Below, piece after piece: positions 1-18,726 of a DNA stretch of 64,000 bases (its first letter is position 1; each line of letters begins with the position of its first letter). The notes beneath the pieces are model-generated. The model saw only the letters and a list, made by a program, of their open reading frames with translations, did not search any database and had not been told where the DNA came from. The translations under genes and the position numbers were made by a program. This DNA is from Tubulanus polymorphus (lineage: Eukaryota > Animalia > Nemertea): the NCBI RefSeq assembly GCF_964204645.1, contig NC_134029.1, positions 5,456,001-5,520,000 of the forward strand. Reading direction: 5' to 3'.

Positions 1-5592
<5,592 letters not shown>

Positions 5593-7688
5593 GAGACACT
5601 GATTCGTTCGGGCTAGCTGATTATCGAAGAACATTTGTTGCATTGGTGCTTTAAGAAGAAAAAAATTACGCGCGTTTATTCCTTTTGGTGTTGAAAACAG
5701 AAATTCGGGACTTACGAAAACAACGTCTGCTTGAGATAAATATTATGATGACTATTATTATTATAAATATATAAGTACGCGTGTGATTGGAAGAGAATAT
5801 GACATCGGACTGTGACTCGGGACTGCCACTTTCTATGTTATAAACATAATCGAGATAAATGAAGATGAAATGGTTTAAACATTTGTTGGCGTTGATAGGA
5901 TACGGTATGTTGTGATGACGTGCTATCCAGTCATTATGATGAGACATTGATTTGATAACGAATGATGCAGACTTTTTGATAAAAAGTTATTTAATTGCGG
6001 TGTGTTATTATTAGTTGTTTATATAGTGAATCAGTTGAATTAACCTGTTAAACGTTCTTTATTTCATCTCCTCTGTATTGCATACCGGTATGTGAAATGT
6101 TGACGACTGATTTCCTATGAGCGGTACTTGATTTTTTACAAGGCTTCCCATAAAATATATGTACATGTACATTCTGACTGTTAGAGCCAGAAAAATCTTG
6201 TGTCCTTCATACATAATACTTGAAATGTAGGTCGGTCATATATGATTATCGAGTGTATATATTTTATGGATAGGCACACCTTATTTCATCAAGTCTTTTC
6301 GTGTGATTGAGTTGAGGAAGATTTTTGAAAATACGTTCGTATTAGATGATAAGAACTTCAAGAAAAACCGACCTGGTGCATGAAGTCAGTAACCGGAATG
6401 TGTGCAGTTCTGGTTTTAATCCATGATTACGCATGTGGTAACTGACTACCGGTTTGGATCATGTTTTCTAAGCGTTTTATTGTATCTCGTTGATGAATTA
6501 CGTAATTTATTGATTTATTTCATTTGTACGTAACGTATAGAGAGCTTCGGTTGAAAATATTTTTGATCTAAAAAAATATTCGAAGTTGACAAACTCGATT
6601 ATGATGATGACCTAAAAACGCTTTAACTCTTTCGTTTCTTGCTTTGTGTTTATCGTATCAACACAACCTACAACAGTGTTTAATATTAGATAAAAGCTGG
6701 ATTATTTTACAGAATTATATTGAGTTCTGTTTCAGATTTGTATAGATGACGACAGTAGCCAACAAACTTTTAATAAAATTCCTGTTTTATACAGAATGAA
6801 AAAAGAACTTCTTTTTTTCTGAATCTGTTTTTTCTCAATTGGATGAGTTGAGTCGGGATATTTTGTGGGGCCAAAGGACAGAATTCTTATGAGTTTTTGT
6901 TCTATTCTCAGTGGATATGGAAAACGTATAGAAAAACAAAATGAGAATAGAATATTCCTTCAACATATTATGTCTGGCTACTTTTCGATATCAACTGGGA
7001 GTTATTGCTTTCTAGATAACACATTGTTTATAGCCACTACCTACACATAACACTTTGGAGATCTATATAAAAAAAGGTCGAAGAGGTATAATTTAGGGTT
7101 ACTTGGAAGGATGAATGGAGCGAGGTGGTGAAATTTCATATACTTATGGTTCCCAGAAAACTGAGGTAATTATGGACAAATTTCGGGATTCGAACCTGAT
7201 TCGGTGCTACAATGTCATGGACATGATGCACTTACTACACTGACAGTTTCCAAATGGTGCAGCAAATTTATTTCAATACGTTTTCCTTTTGCTAGGTGGA
7301 AGCTGACAGGCTAAAATATGAAAAAGTAACGTAAGTAGGAAATATTTTTAATACCTATATTCGGGTTTGCTCTTAGTTTTTTAAAATATCCAAGTTTTAC
7401 GATAGCAAAATTATTAAAGATCAATCCCAACCTAGATTTTATTTAAGAAGGCCAATGTCGTATAGCAATTTCTTCCACGATGACGAACTCCTTGTCAACA
7501 AGAAATGATGATTTTTAAAGCAAGATATAAAATGGATCTCAATTCTCTTGTGAACAGGTATTAACTGTAATTTGCGTCTGAGGAGATCAAGATGAATTGA
7601 ATGTTGACATTTTTGCATCTTGTTGAAGAAATGGATTTACTTAAGCGTTGTCACAGCTGATATACTGGTTTGAAACTGTTCGTCCATC

Positions 7689-9097
7689 ATGATGGAAGAA
7701 AATGCAATCGGGAATGACTACCAGGCCAACTCCGCGGTGAGCGCTGTTGAGAAAAGCGTTCAAAGACGTATATTTAAGATAATCGTTATCGGTGATTCGA
7801 ACGTCGGTAAGACGTGTTTGACGTTTCGATTCTGTGGCGGAAAATTTCCCGAGCGAACCGAAGCAACAATCGGCGTAGATTTCCGCGAGAGGGCTATTGA
7901 GCTCGATTCCGAAGTTATTAAGGTATTGTATGATTCTTCAGAGGTTGATCTGTGAAACAGCACCCAGTTCCGCAGTTGTGAATAAGAATTAGATTTGACT
8001 CTCAATGAAAATAAAATACAGTAATTTCAACTCAAGAGTTAACTCTGGAACTCTTGAACTGGCCGGTAGTTGAAAATGAACTTGCATTTTACTCTAGGGA
8101 CCAAACTTGACATGAACTGCAACTGGGTTCTGATTACTAGTACTTTATATTACAGTAAGTTGAGTTGATTTAAATTGCCAACTTACTGTAATTTTGAATT
8201 AGTGAGACTGGCCCAGACTTCTTAGAATTCTAAGTAGATTAATACAGCTTGAATGAAACCAATATGAAAATAGTATAATTGGGAAGCTCCGATGCTCCTG
8301 TGGCTAACAATGATCCACCAGGTTCGCTAGTAAATAGTAACTCGGTCCTTCGCGTTCAATTTCTACATTTCAATGAAAGCCGAATGAACTTAAATAGATC
8401 ATTATTTTTAAGGAAAATAATGAATTTGAGATATATTGGGTCGTGATAATGTTTAGATTCGGAAGCCAAAAAATTCAGTTTGATGTTCATTCATAATGAA
8501 CAAATTTTGACTACATAAAACTGAGTACTCATTGCGCCATCTGGTAGGATAACCGGTCTTACAGCTCCCCATTGAATACTTGTAGCTTGTAAATCTGTCC
8601 GTTTTGTAATGTTTTTCTAGCTTCAACTGTGGGATACGGCCGGACAAGAGAGATTTCGTAAGAGTATGGTTCAACATTACTATCGCAACGTCCACGCGGT
8701 TGTATTCGTTTACGACGTTACGAAAATCGTCTCGTTCGACAACATGCCACACTGGGTCGAAGAATGCGACCGTCACAACTTGACGGCCGAGATCCCGCGT
8801 ATTTTAGTCGGCAACAAATGCGACCTGAGAGATCGCGTCGCCGTCAGCACGAACATGGCGCAGAAATTCGCCGACACGCACAACATGCCGTTGTTCGAAA
8901 CGTCGGCGAAAGACGACATCGAGTCGGACCACGTCGACGCCATATTCATGACGCTCGCGCATAAACTGAAGAACTCGAAACCGATGATGCCGCCGGCGTG
9001 GGCGCGACAAAATCAACGAATTGCCATCGGTTCCGATCATCATGAATACGTCGTACACGATGACGAATCGGACGATCGAGATAGCTGCGCTTGTTAA
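7689..9097 (+). CDS. RAB33B: Ras-related protein Rab-33
   Basis: Two coding exons, 7689-7922 and 8621-9097. [64 protein letters not shown] (Rab33-diagnostic), GNKCD, ETSAK, and a C-terminal CXC prenylation motif (SCAC*). Confidence 0.95.
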
Positions 9098-11102
9098 ATC
9101 AGCAGCTGTAGAATCGGGTGCTTTGTTGTGTTTGTTGACTGGTGTCTCTCGGGGAGTTTCCGTCTTTGGTAATTCTATCCAGTTACTCGCAGTGATTATT
9201 TAACCAGAGTCGACAATTCAAATTCTGTTGTTTACCTGACGCAGAGTAAAAACGTTTTGGCCATTTGCCTTATTACCATCATGTATACGTGTATTGCACG
9301 AATCTGTTAGATTAGGTCTAGAAACAGTTCAATTTAGGACATAAAAACCCTGAATGAATCTTAATATGATCTAGAACCGATGAGAAAAGAATACAAGAAG
9401 ATTGTATCTTTCACTTGAAGTCGTTGTTTGGACAGTATCATTTTTCACAGAGAATTGAGCCAAGCCTGTACCTTCGACCTATACAATATGTGAAGCAAGT
9501 TACACACACACTTTTCTCATCATTTCTATTTACCAGTATCAGTTTCACAGTACTACCGTACCTTTTCCTAGGTACGGGATCTACGTATCGTAGATTCAGC
9601 AGGCTTGGCTGTAATGAAATAACAAGTGCCTACACTATTGTACCATATTGTCACTGGTAGTAGATTAATGGCTACGATGTATTTGTATTCGTCATTTTTG
9701 ATGTTAATGTACTTAACAAATTTATGTATGTATTAACATATATGTATTGAGTGTTTTAATGTCAGTCCAATTTTATTTCAATCACAGTGTGGTAAGGATA
9801 GATGGGAAAAGAAGCAATTTATTAGGCGTTAGTGTAGTGGGGAACTTTGGAACTGCACAAGTATGAATCAAATTTTTCTCCATGACTTATATGTGTATCT
9901 GTATTTCATTGTTTATTCGCATGGCACCAAAGTTTTTTCATCTATTTTTGTGAAATTATTCGTCTGAAAAATTATTATGTACTTAATTAATGAAAAAAGT
10001 ATCTCGAAAAGTTAATATAATTGGTTAATTTCTCATAAATTCTATTTTTGACTAATTGTAATGTTTTTGTAGACTTTTTATTCGTTTCTAAGATTAAGTG
10101 TTTAGTGTGATTTAATTAAAAATTGAGCGCCGTATAAAATTTCAAAGTTTTATTCATTGTGGAATGATGTTTTGAAAATGATATAGTTATTCAATTGGTG
10201 GAAGCCAATTTCAATAAATTCGCAAGTTTTGTGATCTTTTTTGGACTTTTATTATCACAGTCATAATTTAAACTTCTATTTGCTTACCGGTAATTTTCTA
10301 CTAAAGTTTTTTCAACTCGTCATGCTTTCATGATATATATATACTACATGCAATTGTGTTGTAAACAAAATTGTACACCGGGCTCACGGGACTAAACTCT
10401 GTGACTTGATAGTTAATTAAACCTGCATTTTGAATACGTTCCTATTTGATAAAATGTCTGCATTATATTTTCGGTTTATATTAAGGATTTCATAGTTATT
10501 ACTGGTTAATGAAATGAATTACCAGGGCTATTCGTGTGTGTTGTTTTGAGCCAGTTAGGACCACAAAAAAAGCTATATACTTGACATTACTATGCAGCAT
10601 TTAGGCATTTCATCAAAATGTTTTCTTTTTGTCAGCATTTCTATCAGCCTTTTATTGTGGTAATTGGTGTATTTTAATGATACATTGTATGTACATGTAC
10701 ATAGCTTAGCTACACTTATAGCATTTGTATTATTCTTTGACCCTCGACATTTGGGTGCATTATGAATCATGTATGGTGTCTAGTGATGGTTAGATTAATC
10801 AATCGTTGTAAGGGGTGAAGAAAAATTGGAAATAAATTCTTTTTGTTTTTAATGATTGCCTTCGGTTTAGATTCATTATTTTTTGCCGGACGAATAACTG
10901 AGCCGAACCAATAGAGCGCCCTGGTACCAGCAAGTGCTGCCCTCTTTCTGTAGACACTCAGGACTTCAAGACTGTTATTCAACCTCTACCGGCTAGTTGG
11001 ATCTATTTCCGGGTCGGATTGCGGATTGCGTCACCTTTTTGCAGTATTTAGTATTATTAAGGCTCGGAAAAATTGTATCTCCAAGTTAGTAGTGAAATTG
11101 AA

Positions 11103-14100
11103 ATGGCAGACGCTGCTGGCGACGGAATTGCTGCCATGTCATTACAAGGTAACCAATAGAGAATCCATGATCTATTGATCAACGTTGCAGTAGGTAGGCG
11201 CTCCTCTCTGCAACACACACACACACAGGACAGGGGCTCGTATCAGAGTAAAAAGTTGTAGGTATTGTAAAAACGATAATCTGTTAATCCAATGTATATA
11301 GTATATATAAAATAATAAGGGGGCTAACGACGCTCACAAACTACTCAACTTCAGTCGCTTACTATTTCGTTATTTCTCATCCGATTTTGATAATCCAGGG
11401 CAGGCATGATATAAAAGCTAATAGCTTCCTGCTTCTAACGAAACTAATCCCGTTAACTTCCAATGAATAGTTCATGAATTATATGTCTTTGAAAGCGAAA
11501 TTAGGGCCGAAATCGCCTGGACCGAAAATGCTATGACGCCGGTTTTTGCCGATTTCGAAATTCGAAACGTTGAGTTCGACACGAAATCTTTCACCGATTT
11601 TGATGGTCGAGGGCTTCAAATGCGCAAAACATTCTATATTTTCTAAATATTGCCATTGTTTCATTAATCCATGCGATCTTCCAGCTTTGCAAACGCGAAT
11701 TTTCCGATTTTACGTCAAGTCACGCACTCGACACGCGATCTCAAAATGGTGACCTTGAACTTAAACTAGCAACAGGTCCGCAGTGAATTATATTTCTTAA
11801 CAATTCAATCAAATAATGTTTTATCTTATTTAAGCTAGAATAAACACGATCAGGTTATAATAGATTCTGAATTTCACGTAAATATACACAGAAAATAAAT
11901 TGGAAATAAAATTCATTTCGGTTCGGCATTGCGCTAAGCATTGTGGGAGATGACAGTCGCCATTTTGAGATCGCACATGGAGTGCGTGACTTGATGTAAA
12001 ATCGGAAAATTCGCGTTGTTAGCCCCCTTGTTATTTTATATATACTATATACATTGGATTAACAGATTATCGTTTTTACATTACCTACAACTCTGATACG
12101 AGCCCATGTGCTCTGCAAGTCTCAGCCTCTGGGAAACCGCTCAGCACCCAGCAGGCTGGCGCGCGTGCATAAATCAAGCCTGAAGAAATCATTACCGTCA
12201 GTCCATCCAAACATGACCATATTTGCACAATTGTGGAAATCTTAAGGATTCGGAAAATTAAAGAAGATTGTATCTATAATGATGTATCATTTTGACCAAT
12301 GATAGTTCGACAGGCTGAAATTAAAAATAAGATTGCCTTCTTATTGTTATTGGAAATTGAAGTCCAAAAAATAGTCAATGTCATATTCAAAAAGTGAAGT
12401 TCGTGTCACTGAATCATTTACTGTTTGAACAATAAGTGCAAGTCTGACAGCCAACCATTCCATGGAAAGTAAACTGAGTAAACACATCTGATCACCACCA
12501 CACTTTCATTATTTTCAGATATTTATACATCAGAAAAAAATGGCAATGATGAAACTGCCGATGGTTCGCAAGGAAAACCATTCAAAACCATCTTAGCTGC
12601 CATGATGAAATTTAAAACGGAACCGCTGCCAAATATACATGTGGATGGAAAATCAGAGGGAGTAGTAAGTAGTAGTAATGAAAAGTTTCAGATCAGGGAA
12701 TTTGAGATCTGCATCAGGGCAATATCAGGGAATTTAGGATACAAACATCTGGAGGAACCCTGAAGTATTGAAATGTTTCAACTGTTGTTTGATTTATGAA
12801 TCAGTATTAAGTAAGAAGATATAATTCATTCTTTCTATCCCAATTTTGTTGTTTCAGGACTGGGAATTGGCGTCTAAAGCGCAAATGAAAAAAATGACAA
12901 AAATCTGGAAACGCGAATTAGCGAAGGCAGCTGATAGAGAAATCAAAGAGGTGACGTCTTCGTCTATTCTTCTGAAGATCCCGATCTGTGAGGAGTATTT
13001 TTTATTATCAGTATATTTTCTTTAGGCCGAAGACGCAGAAAGACGTGAAAAGAATCTTGAAGAAGCGAAAAAGATCGTTATCGAAGAAGACAAATCATTA
13101 CCGCAAGCGCGGCTAATCAAAATCAGGGATTCGGTGAAAACTCGAGATACGAGAATTAAAGTGAACGGTTGGGTTCACAGACTGAGAAGACAAGGTGAAT
13201 ATCTGTTTATTCTTTATAGAAAGGGCTAAACAAAGCGTGTTATTCCCCAGCACGATGTGAGATAATTGAGTAGAGAATCATTGAGCATGGAAAATTTCCA
13301 ATTATGCGCTTAGATTTGAACAGAAATTCTGTGAAAAATGAATAACAGGGTCAATCCCTATTTTAAGATATGAAAAATGGTTAGTCTACTCAATTTTAGT
13401 GGTTAGTGAACTTGATTTTAATTTTATACCTCTTTTTTTAGGAAAATCATTAATGTTCGTCACTTTAAGAGATGGTACTGGATTCCTACAGTGTGTTTTG
13501 ACTGATAAATTGGTAGGTAACAAGGTTTTCTCGTAAAAGTGCATCCGATTGAGAATTTGTCCAACAACTTTTCCCCGACCTGAATAGTGTGTTTTGATCT
13601 ATATTTCAAATTTCAGTGTCAAACGCATAACGCATTAGTTCTATCGACGGAATCTACTGTTGTTTTCTATGGCGTCATCAAAGAAGTACCGGCGGGAAAA
13701 ACGGTAAGATTCTTTACCGAATCAAATCATAAAGCCTTCGAACAAATTCTGGGAATTCAGAGAAATATTAGCTTGCTTTGTCATGAAATATCGAATGGCA
13801 TAGTTTTGTACTGTACGTGCCTGGCAGTCATCTGCTGTGAATCATACTGTATTTAATATGCAGCATGGATGATTTAATGTATTAGATAAGATCTTATGTT
13901 CTAGGCTCCAGATGGTCACGAGTTGCTGGTAGATTATTGGGAGGTTGTAGCTCTCGCTCCAGCTGGGGGAATCGATAACATTCTCAATGAAGAAGCCCAT
14001 GTCGATGTTCAATTAGACAACCGTCATATGATGATTCGTGGTGAAAATGTATGTCGATTCTTAGATAATTTAAGTTAAACATATTTTTTTTTTCGAGTTA

Positions 14101-15897
14101 TAGATTTGCTGTAGTTTTGTTCTACATGCCCAAATTTGTTTCAATTCACAGTGCTAATATGGGCATGTCTTTATGTTTTACAGACATCAAAAATATTGAA
14201 ACTGCGCTCTGTGATCATGCAAGCATTCAGAGCACATTATTTTGACAGAGGATATTTCGAGGTAAATGTTTTAGGGTGACAGAGAATGGAATAAAAAATG
14301 AGTTATCATTCAATTGTTAGACTTATTGATCTCGTCTTATTCCAGATAACTCCACCAGCTTTTGTGCAGACTCAAGTAGAAGGAGGCTCGACGTTATTCA
14401 AGTTAGATTATTTCGGTGAAACTGTAAGTCACTTCGAATAGAAGCTTCTCAGTAGCTTTTTGGACTGAAACTGAAACGATGAATTTTACTTTTGATTTGC
14501 AGGCATATCTAACACAGTCTTCACAGCTATATCTTGAAACTTGTCTGCCATCACTGGGAGATGTTTTCTGCATCGCTGAGTCATATCGGGCAGAACAGTC
14601 ACGAACGAGGCGACATTTATCAGAGTAAGAAATGCTATACTGAGCTATATGTAAAATTAGGGGGCTTTACACAGTTTTGACATTGCTGAGCTCTTGAGGC
14701 CAATACTGGACCTAGTTCTGAAATAAAATTACAGTCATGAAGTCTATAGCTACTTCAAACCCTCCAAGATCAGACCAAGCTTAAAGAGTTAAGATCATAT
14801 CAAGTAACTGCAATTTGTATATGTTTTGTGAAATCTATGTTTCTGTTTCTGTGTTACAGATATACGCATGTGGAAGCAGAATGCCCATTTATTACATTTG
14901 AAGATTTGCTTGACAGACTTGAAGATTTGGTTTGCGATGTTGTCGATCGAGTGCTGAAATCTCCGTTCGCTCATATGCTCTACGAGTTGAATCCGGTTCG
15001 CAATTTTACATCTTATTTTGTATCCAAGTGTAGTTATTTTACTTCTGAAATTCTTTGACATAGCTGTCTTCTATGAAACAGGAATTCAAGGCACCGCAGC
15101 GGCCTTTCAAAAGAATGCAGTATACTGAGGCAATCGAGTATTTGAAGGAACACAACATAACTAAAGATGATGGTACATTCTATGAATTTGGCGATGTAAG
15201 TACCGTTAGTCAAGAAAAATTTGATAGTTAGATCCTCAACGTATTGAGCTTCTCAATTCCATATAATCTTTATTTTCCGTTCATTTACTTAGGATATTCC
15301 AGAAGCTCCGGAACGTAAAATGACTGACCAAATCGGTGTACCGATTCTTCTCTGCCGCTTCCCGACCACTCTGAAATCATTCTACATGTATCGTTGCCCG
15401 GAAAATACAGATCTTACAGAATCGGTAAGCGGGCAATCAATAATATTCTCCTAGAATTCAGTCAGCCATTGAAATTGGTCAAAATTGAGATTTGATTTTA
15501 AACGATACTTTTGTTTCATAGGTTGACATGTTAATGCCGGGAGTTGGAGAACTTGTCGGTGGCTCTATGAGAATGTGGGACGAAGAAGAACTTCTTAAGG
15601 GTTATAAACGTGAAGGAATCGATGCTAGTCCATATTACTGGTACACTGACCAGGTAAGCAGAAATATAAGGATTACTGGTTTCAGGGCAGCACTTGTAGT
15701 CGTATGAATTTTTTCGGCACCTGAAATTCCATGCTAATATCATAAACTTTCATTTCTATTTTCAGAGGAAATATGGAAGTTGCCCTCACGGTGGTTACGG
15801 GTTGGGATTAGAACGGTTTTTGACGTGGATTTTGAACAGATATCATATACGTGATGTTTGCCTGTATCCGAGATTCATTGAAAGATGTCGACCTTGA
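11103..15897 (+). CDS. NARS1: Asparagine--tRNA ligase, cytoplasmic, 15 exons
   Basis: Exons ~11103-11148, 12519-12664, 12858-12950, 13026-13194, 13442-13512, 13617-13703, 13905-14048, 14184-14281, 14346-14423, 14503-14624, 14860-14995, 15082-15195, 15294-15424, 15522-15653, 15766-15897. Motifs: [88 protein letters not shown]. Confidence 0.96.
11231..12108. mobile_element. Non-autonomous DNA transposon with ~100 bp TIRs in NARS1 intron 1
   Basis: caggggctcgtatcagag...gggggctaacgacgc at the left end is mirrored by gcgttgttagccccc...ctctgatacgagcccatg at the right. There is an extra internal inverted repeat (~11693-11753 vs ~11956-12016) and no transposase ORF. Confidence 0.85.
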
Positions 15898-16244
15898 ACA
15901 TTCTTACTTACAGCTAACATTTTCTCAATATAATTATATGTATTACAAGGCTAGTAATATACACAAATTATGTGTGCTATGATTGGAATCTAAATAAATA
16001 CATTGAATTTACTTGTCCTCCTACTTCGTCTATGGATTTAGTTGCTACAATAGACTTTGCTCAAGTCAAATCTTTGGATTGTATGTACATTGCGAGTGTC
16101 ACAAATAATATTTCTAAAAACATCCGAGTTCTGAATGGTTGATCGAAGTCTGCTGTATTTCCTTCAAACAGTAAATCAATGGCTGGAGCAGTCACATCAT
16201 TCTCCAGAGCAAGTGATTCCGAGGAAAAGCTTGTCGTGAGACTA

Positions 16245-16411
16245 CAATGGAACCTCTATAACGACCTTGGATATATCGATTCCAAGTTATTACAAACCTG
16301 AAATATTGACACAAGCAGGACACTCAGTAATTTCATACTATATATAACAAACTATCAGTTATAAATAGCATATCTTCTCGTCTCAAGGTTTGTTGTAATG
16401 AGGTTCCACAG
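16245..16411. mobile_element. Tc1/pogo-like MITE
   Basis: TA|caatggaacctc...gaggttccacag degenerate TIR, between the convergent NARS1 and KNOP1 3' ends. Confidence 0.55.
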
Positions 16412-16733
16412 AACTAGGGCCTCTGTAAATTGTCACTTCCCAAATTGTACCATATGCCTGACTGAACATCACTTTGTTATGGCGACCACGATTCTGGAAA
16501 TCAGGGGAAATCTGTCACACAAGCTCATACACACTAGAAATTTGGTGGATCAATGGAAGGATTGTGGTCAACCTGTATGTCTATCCATACTGTTGGGATT
16601 TTGAAGATGATTGGTCCTAAATATCAAAGGGGCTGTCAAACACTGATCATTTTATTTCTGGCTGAACCAAGGTCTCAGTAAAAACGATTTTCAACGTACT
16701 CGTTATTCAAAATGCATATCTTTATTTTCATCA

Positions 16734-17873
16734 TCAATCAAATTTCATCGACTTAGAACTATTTATATCTATATGAAACTTTTTCCCAGCACCAGGCGGA
16801 GGTGCATATCCTAAACCGCCACCCTTCTCCGCGTACAGCTTCAAATCGAAAGCTTTCTGGAACTGATCTTCGAGTTTTTTGTTCAAATTTTCCTGCTCTT
16901 GCTCGGACATAGCTTTGCGATTACGCGCCAAAAACGGCGAATTCGGATTCACAAACTTGTTCGGTTTTTTAAATGCGTTCCCAGAAACGGCACCACTATC
17001 GGAAATGGCATGGGATTTGCTTTTATAACCACCCATTAATTTCAAAAACTTATTTGTGCGATCCTCCGAACCGAGGGTGACCTGTCCCCATTGACCAAAA
17101 TTAGAAGACTCTTCGGATTTATTCACAGGGTTTTTAACATTTTCATCATTACTTCCGATTTTTATCTTTTTACTTTCATCAGTATCATTGATTGATGCTT
17201 CCAGCTTCCTTTTCTTTTCTTTCTTATTCTTCTTTTTTTTCTTAGAACTCTCTGTATCACAAGTATCTAATATCTCAGATGTGTCATTGTGCTTTTTGTC
17301 TTTCTTCTTGCCACTTATTTCGGCTGCTAAAGTCTCAATATTTGAATTAACTTTAGATTTTTTACTCTTTTTAACCATGTTATGAACACTATCAACTGCT
17401 GACTTCTCAACATCATTAATCACAATCTCTTCGGACTTTCTATTCTTTTTAGACTTCTTTGTTACCGGTACATCCACGATACCCAAAGTACCGGTACCTT
17501 TGCACTTTACTTCACTTGTTGGAGTTTCTTTTTTCTTTTTTTTAGCTTTTTTGGCCTTTTTGATTTCAGTCTGTGGTGCGACATTTTCTTCAGACATCGA
17601 AGATGCTTCTTCCACTTTTTTCTTATCTTTTTTACGCTTTTTAGACTTTTTACCTAAATTCTCATCTCTGTTCTCAGTATCGGCATGTACTGAAAGTTTA
17701 TCAGTTTGTGAAATCTTATTCTTCTTTTTTTTCTTACGCGGTGGCTCTACTGAAACATTGTCCACTGCGCATTCTTGTGGTAGTACATCACTAGAGAAAC
17801 TTTTTTCTTTTTCTTGTTCATCATGTCCTTTTTTACATTTCTTTTTACGTTTCTTTATCTTTTCTGTCGTCAT
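16734..17873 (-). CDS. KNOP1: Lysine-rich nucleolar protein 1-like (C-terminal SMAP domain), single coding exon of about 379 aa
   Basis: Lys-rich low-complexity ORF ending in FGQW...KFLKLMGG...LEDQFQKAF...GGLGY...FHIDINSSKSMKFD. The likely true start is MTTEK at 17873, just after an acceptor (ttcctgtag, exon starts 17881). A probable non-coding first exon ends at a GTGAG donor near 18556. The ORF-track start at 17933 lies in the intron. Confidence 0.8.
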   Translation of the reverse strand: MTTEKIKKRKKKCKKGHDEQEKEKSFSSDVLPQECAVDNVSVEPPRKKKKKNKISQTDKLSVHADTENRDENLGKKSKKRKKDKKKVEEASSMSEENVAPQTEIKKAKKAKKKKKETPTSEVKCKGTGTLGIVDVPVTKKSKKNRKSEEIVINDVEKSAVDSVHNMVKKSKKSKVNSNIETLAAEISGKKKDKKHNDTSEILDTCDTESSKKKKKNKKEKKRKLEASINDTDESKKIKIGSNDENVKNPVNKSEESSNFGQWGQVTLGSEDRTNKFLKLMGGYKSKSHAISDSGAVSGNAFKKPNKFVNPNSPFLARNRKAMSEQEQENLNKKLEDQFQKAFDLKLYAEKGGGLGYAPPPGAGKKFHIDINSSKSMKFD

Positions 17874-17968
17874 AGCGAGACCTACAGGAAATAACAATAC
17901 AATTGATTGATGATGTAAATATAAATAGGCCATAAATATATCATGGAACTTTTAAGCACAGACCATCA

Positions 17969-18170
17969 CAGGGGCTCGTATCAGAGTTGTAACTTGTAGT
18001 TAATGTAAAAACGATAATCTGTTAATCCAATGAATATAGTATATATAAAATAACTGAAGTTGAGTAGTTTGTGAGCGTTGTTAGCCCCCTTGTTATTTCA
18101 TATTCATATATACTATATACATTGGATTAACAGATTATCGTTTTTACATTACCTTCTGATACGAGCCCCT
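17969..18170. mobile_element. Short internally deleted copy of the 11231-12108 element, in the KNOP1 first intron
   Basis: Same termini caggggctcgtatcag...ctgatacgagcccct and the same aaacgataatctgttaatccaat block. It consists almost entirely of TIR (near-palindrome). Confidence 0.85.
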
Positions 18171-18726
18171 CTCTAGTGCAGACCATGATGAGATCTATCT
18201 CTTCTATCTATGCTATGCACAGACCAACAATCCTCACAACACGCACGGCACATGCTAACCAACAACATCATCAACAACAAAATCGAATATATAATACCAC
18301 TCGGTCAACTGATGCCTGCCGACGGTACCGGTCGGTAATTCATCAATCATGCTCTGAATTATTAACAGATTAAAGAAATGGAATCACCTCAAAAGTACTT
18401 GGCTCAATCCTAAATACAGACAAATAACAATATCAGGACTCGACAAACATATTCCAAATTATCGAAATCTCTTACGCGATTCAACATTATCCATATTAAT
18501 ATCGACCAACATTCACCGCTTTTGAGGGTTCGAATACGTAAAATAACCATCCTCACTTGCCAGGGTGCGATTGCCTCAGCGGGAGAAAATCCGAAGCGGA
18601 GGATGCTCGTGACTCACGCTTTAAAAACCTTTGATGAGTATCAAATTCAGTAAAACGCTATTGATTTAAATCAGATGTGTTTGAAACCTTAAAACAACAG
18701 CTACATTTCTATTTGAAGATATTTAT

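Noticed and set aside
7170-7250. tRNA-like B box (GGTTCGAATCCC on minus strand); a similar one at ~50013-50025
   Set aside because: No cloverleaf can be folded; at most decayed tRNA-derived SINE heads, not tRNA genes.
7505-7581. ATGATGA...CTGA box pair upstream of RAB33
   Set aside because: No terminal stem and not in a clear intron; such boxes are expected by chance in AT-rich DNA.
17188-17910. Phe/Leu/Ser-rich plus-strand ORFs
   Set aside because: Antisense shadows of the Lys-rich KNOP1 coding sequence.
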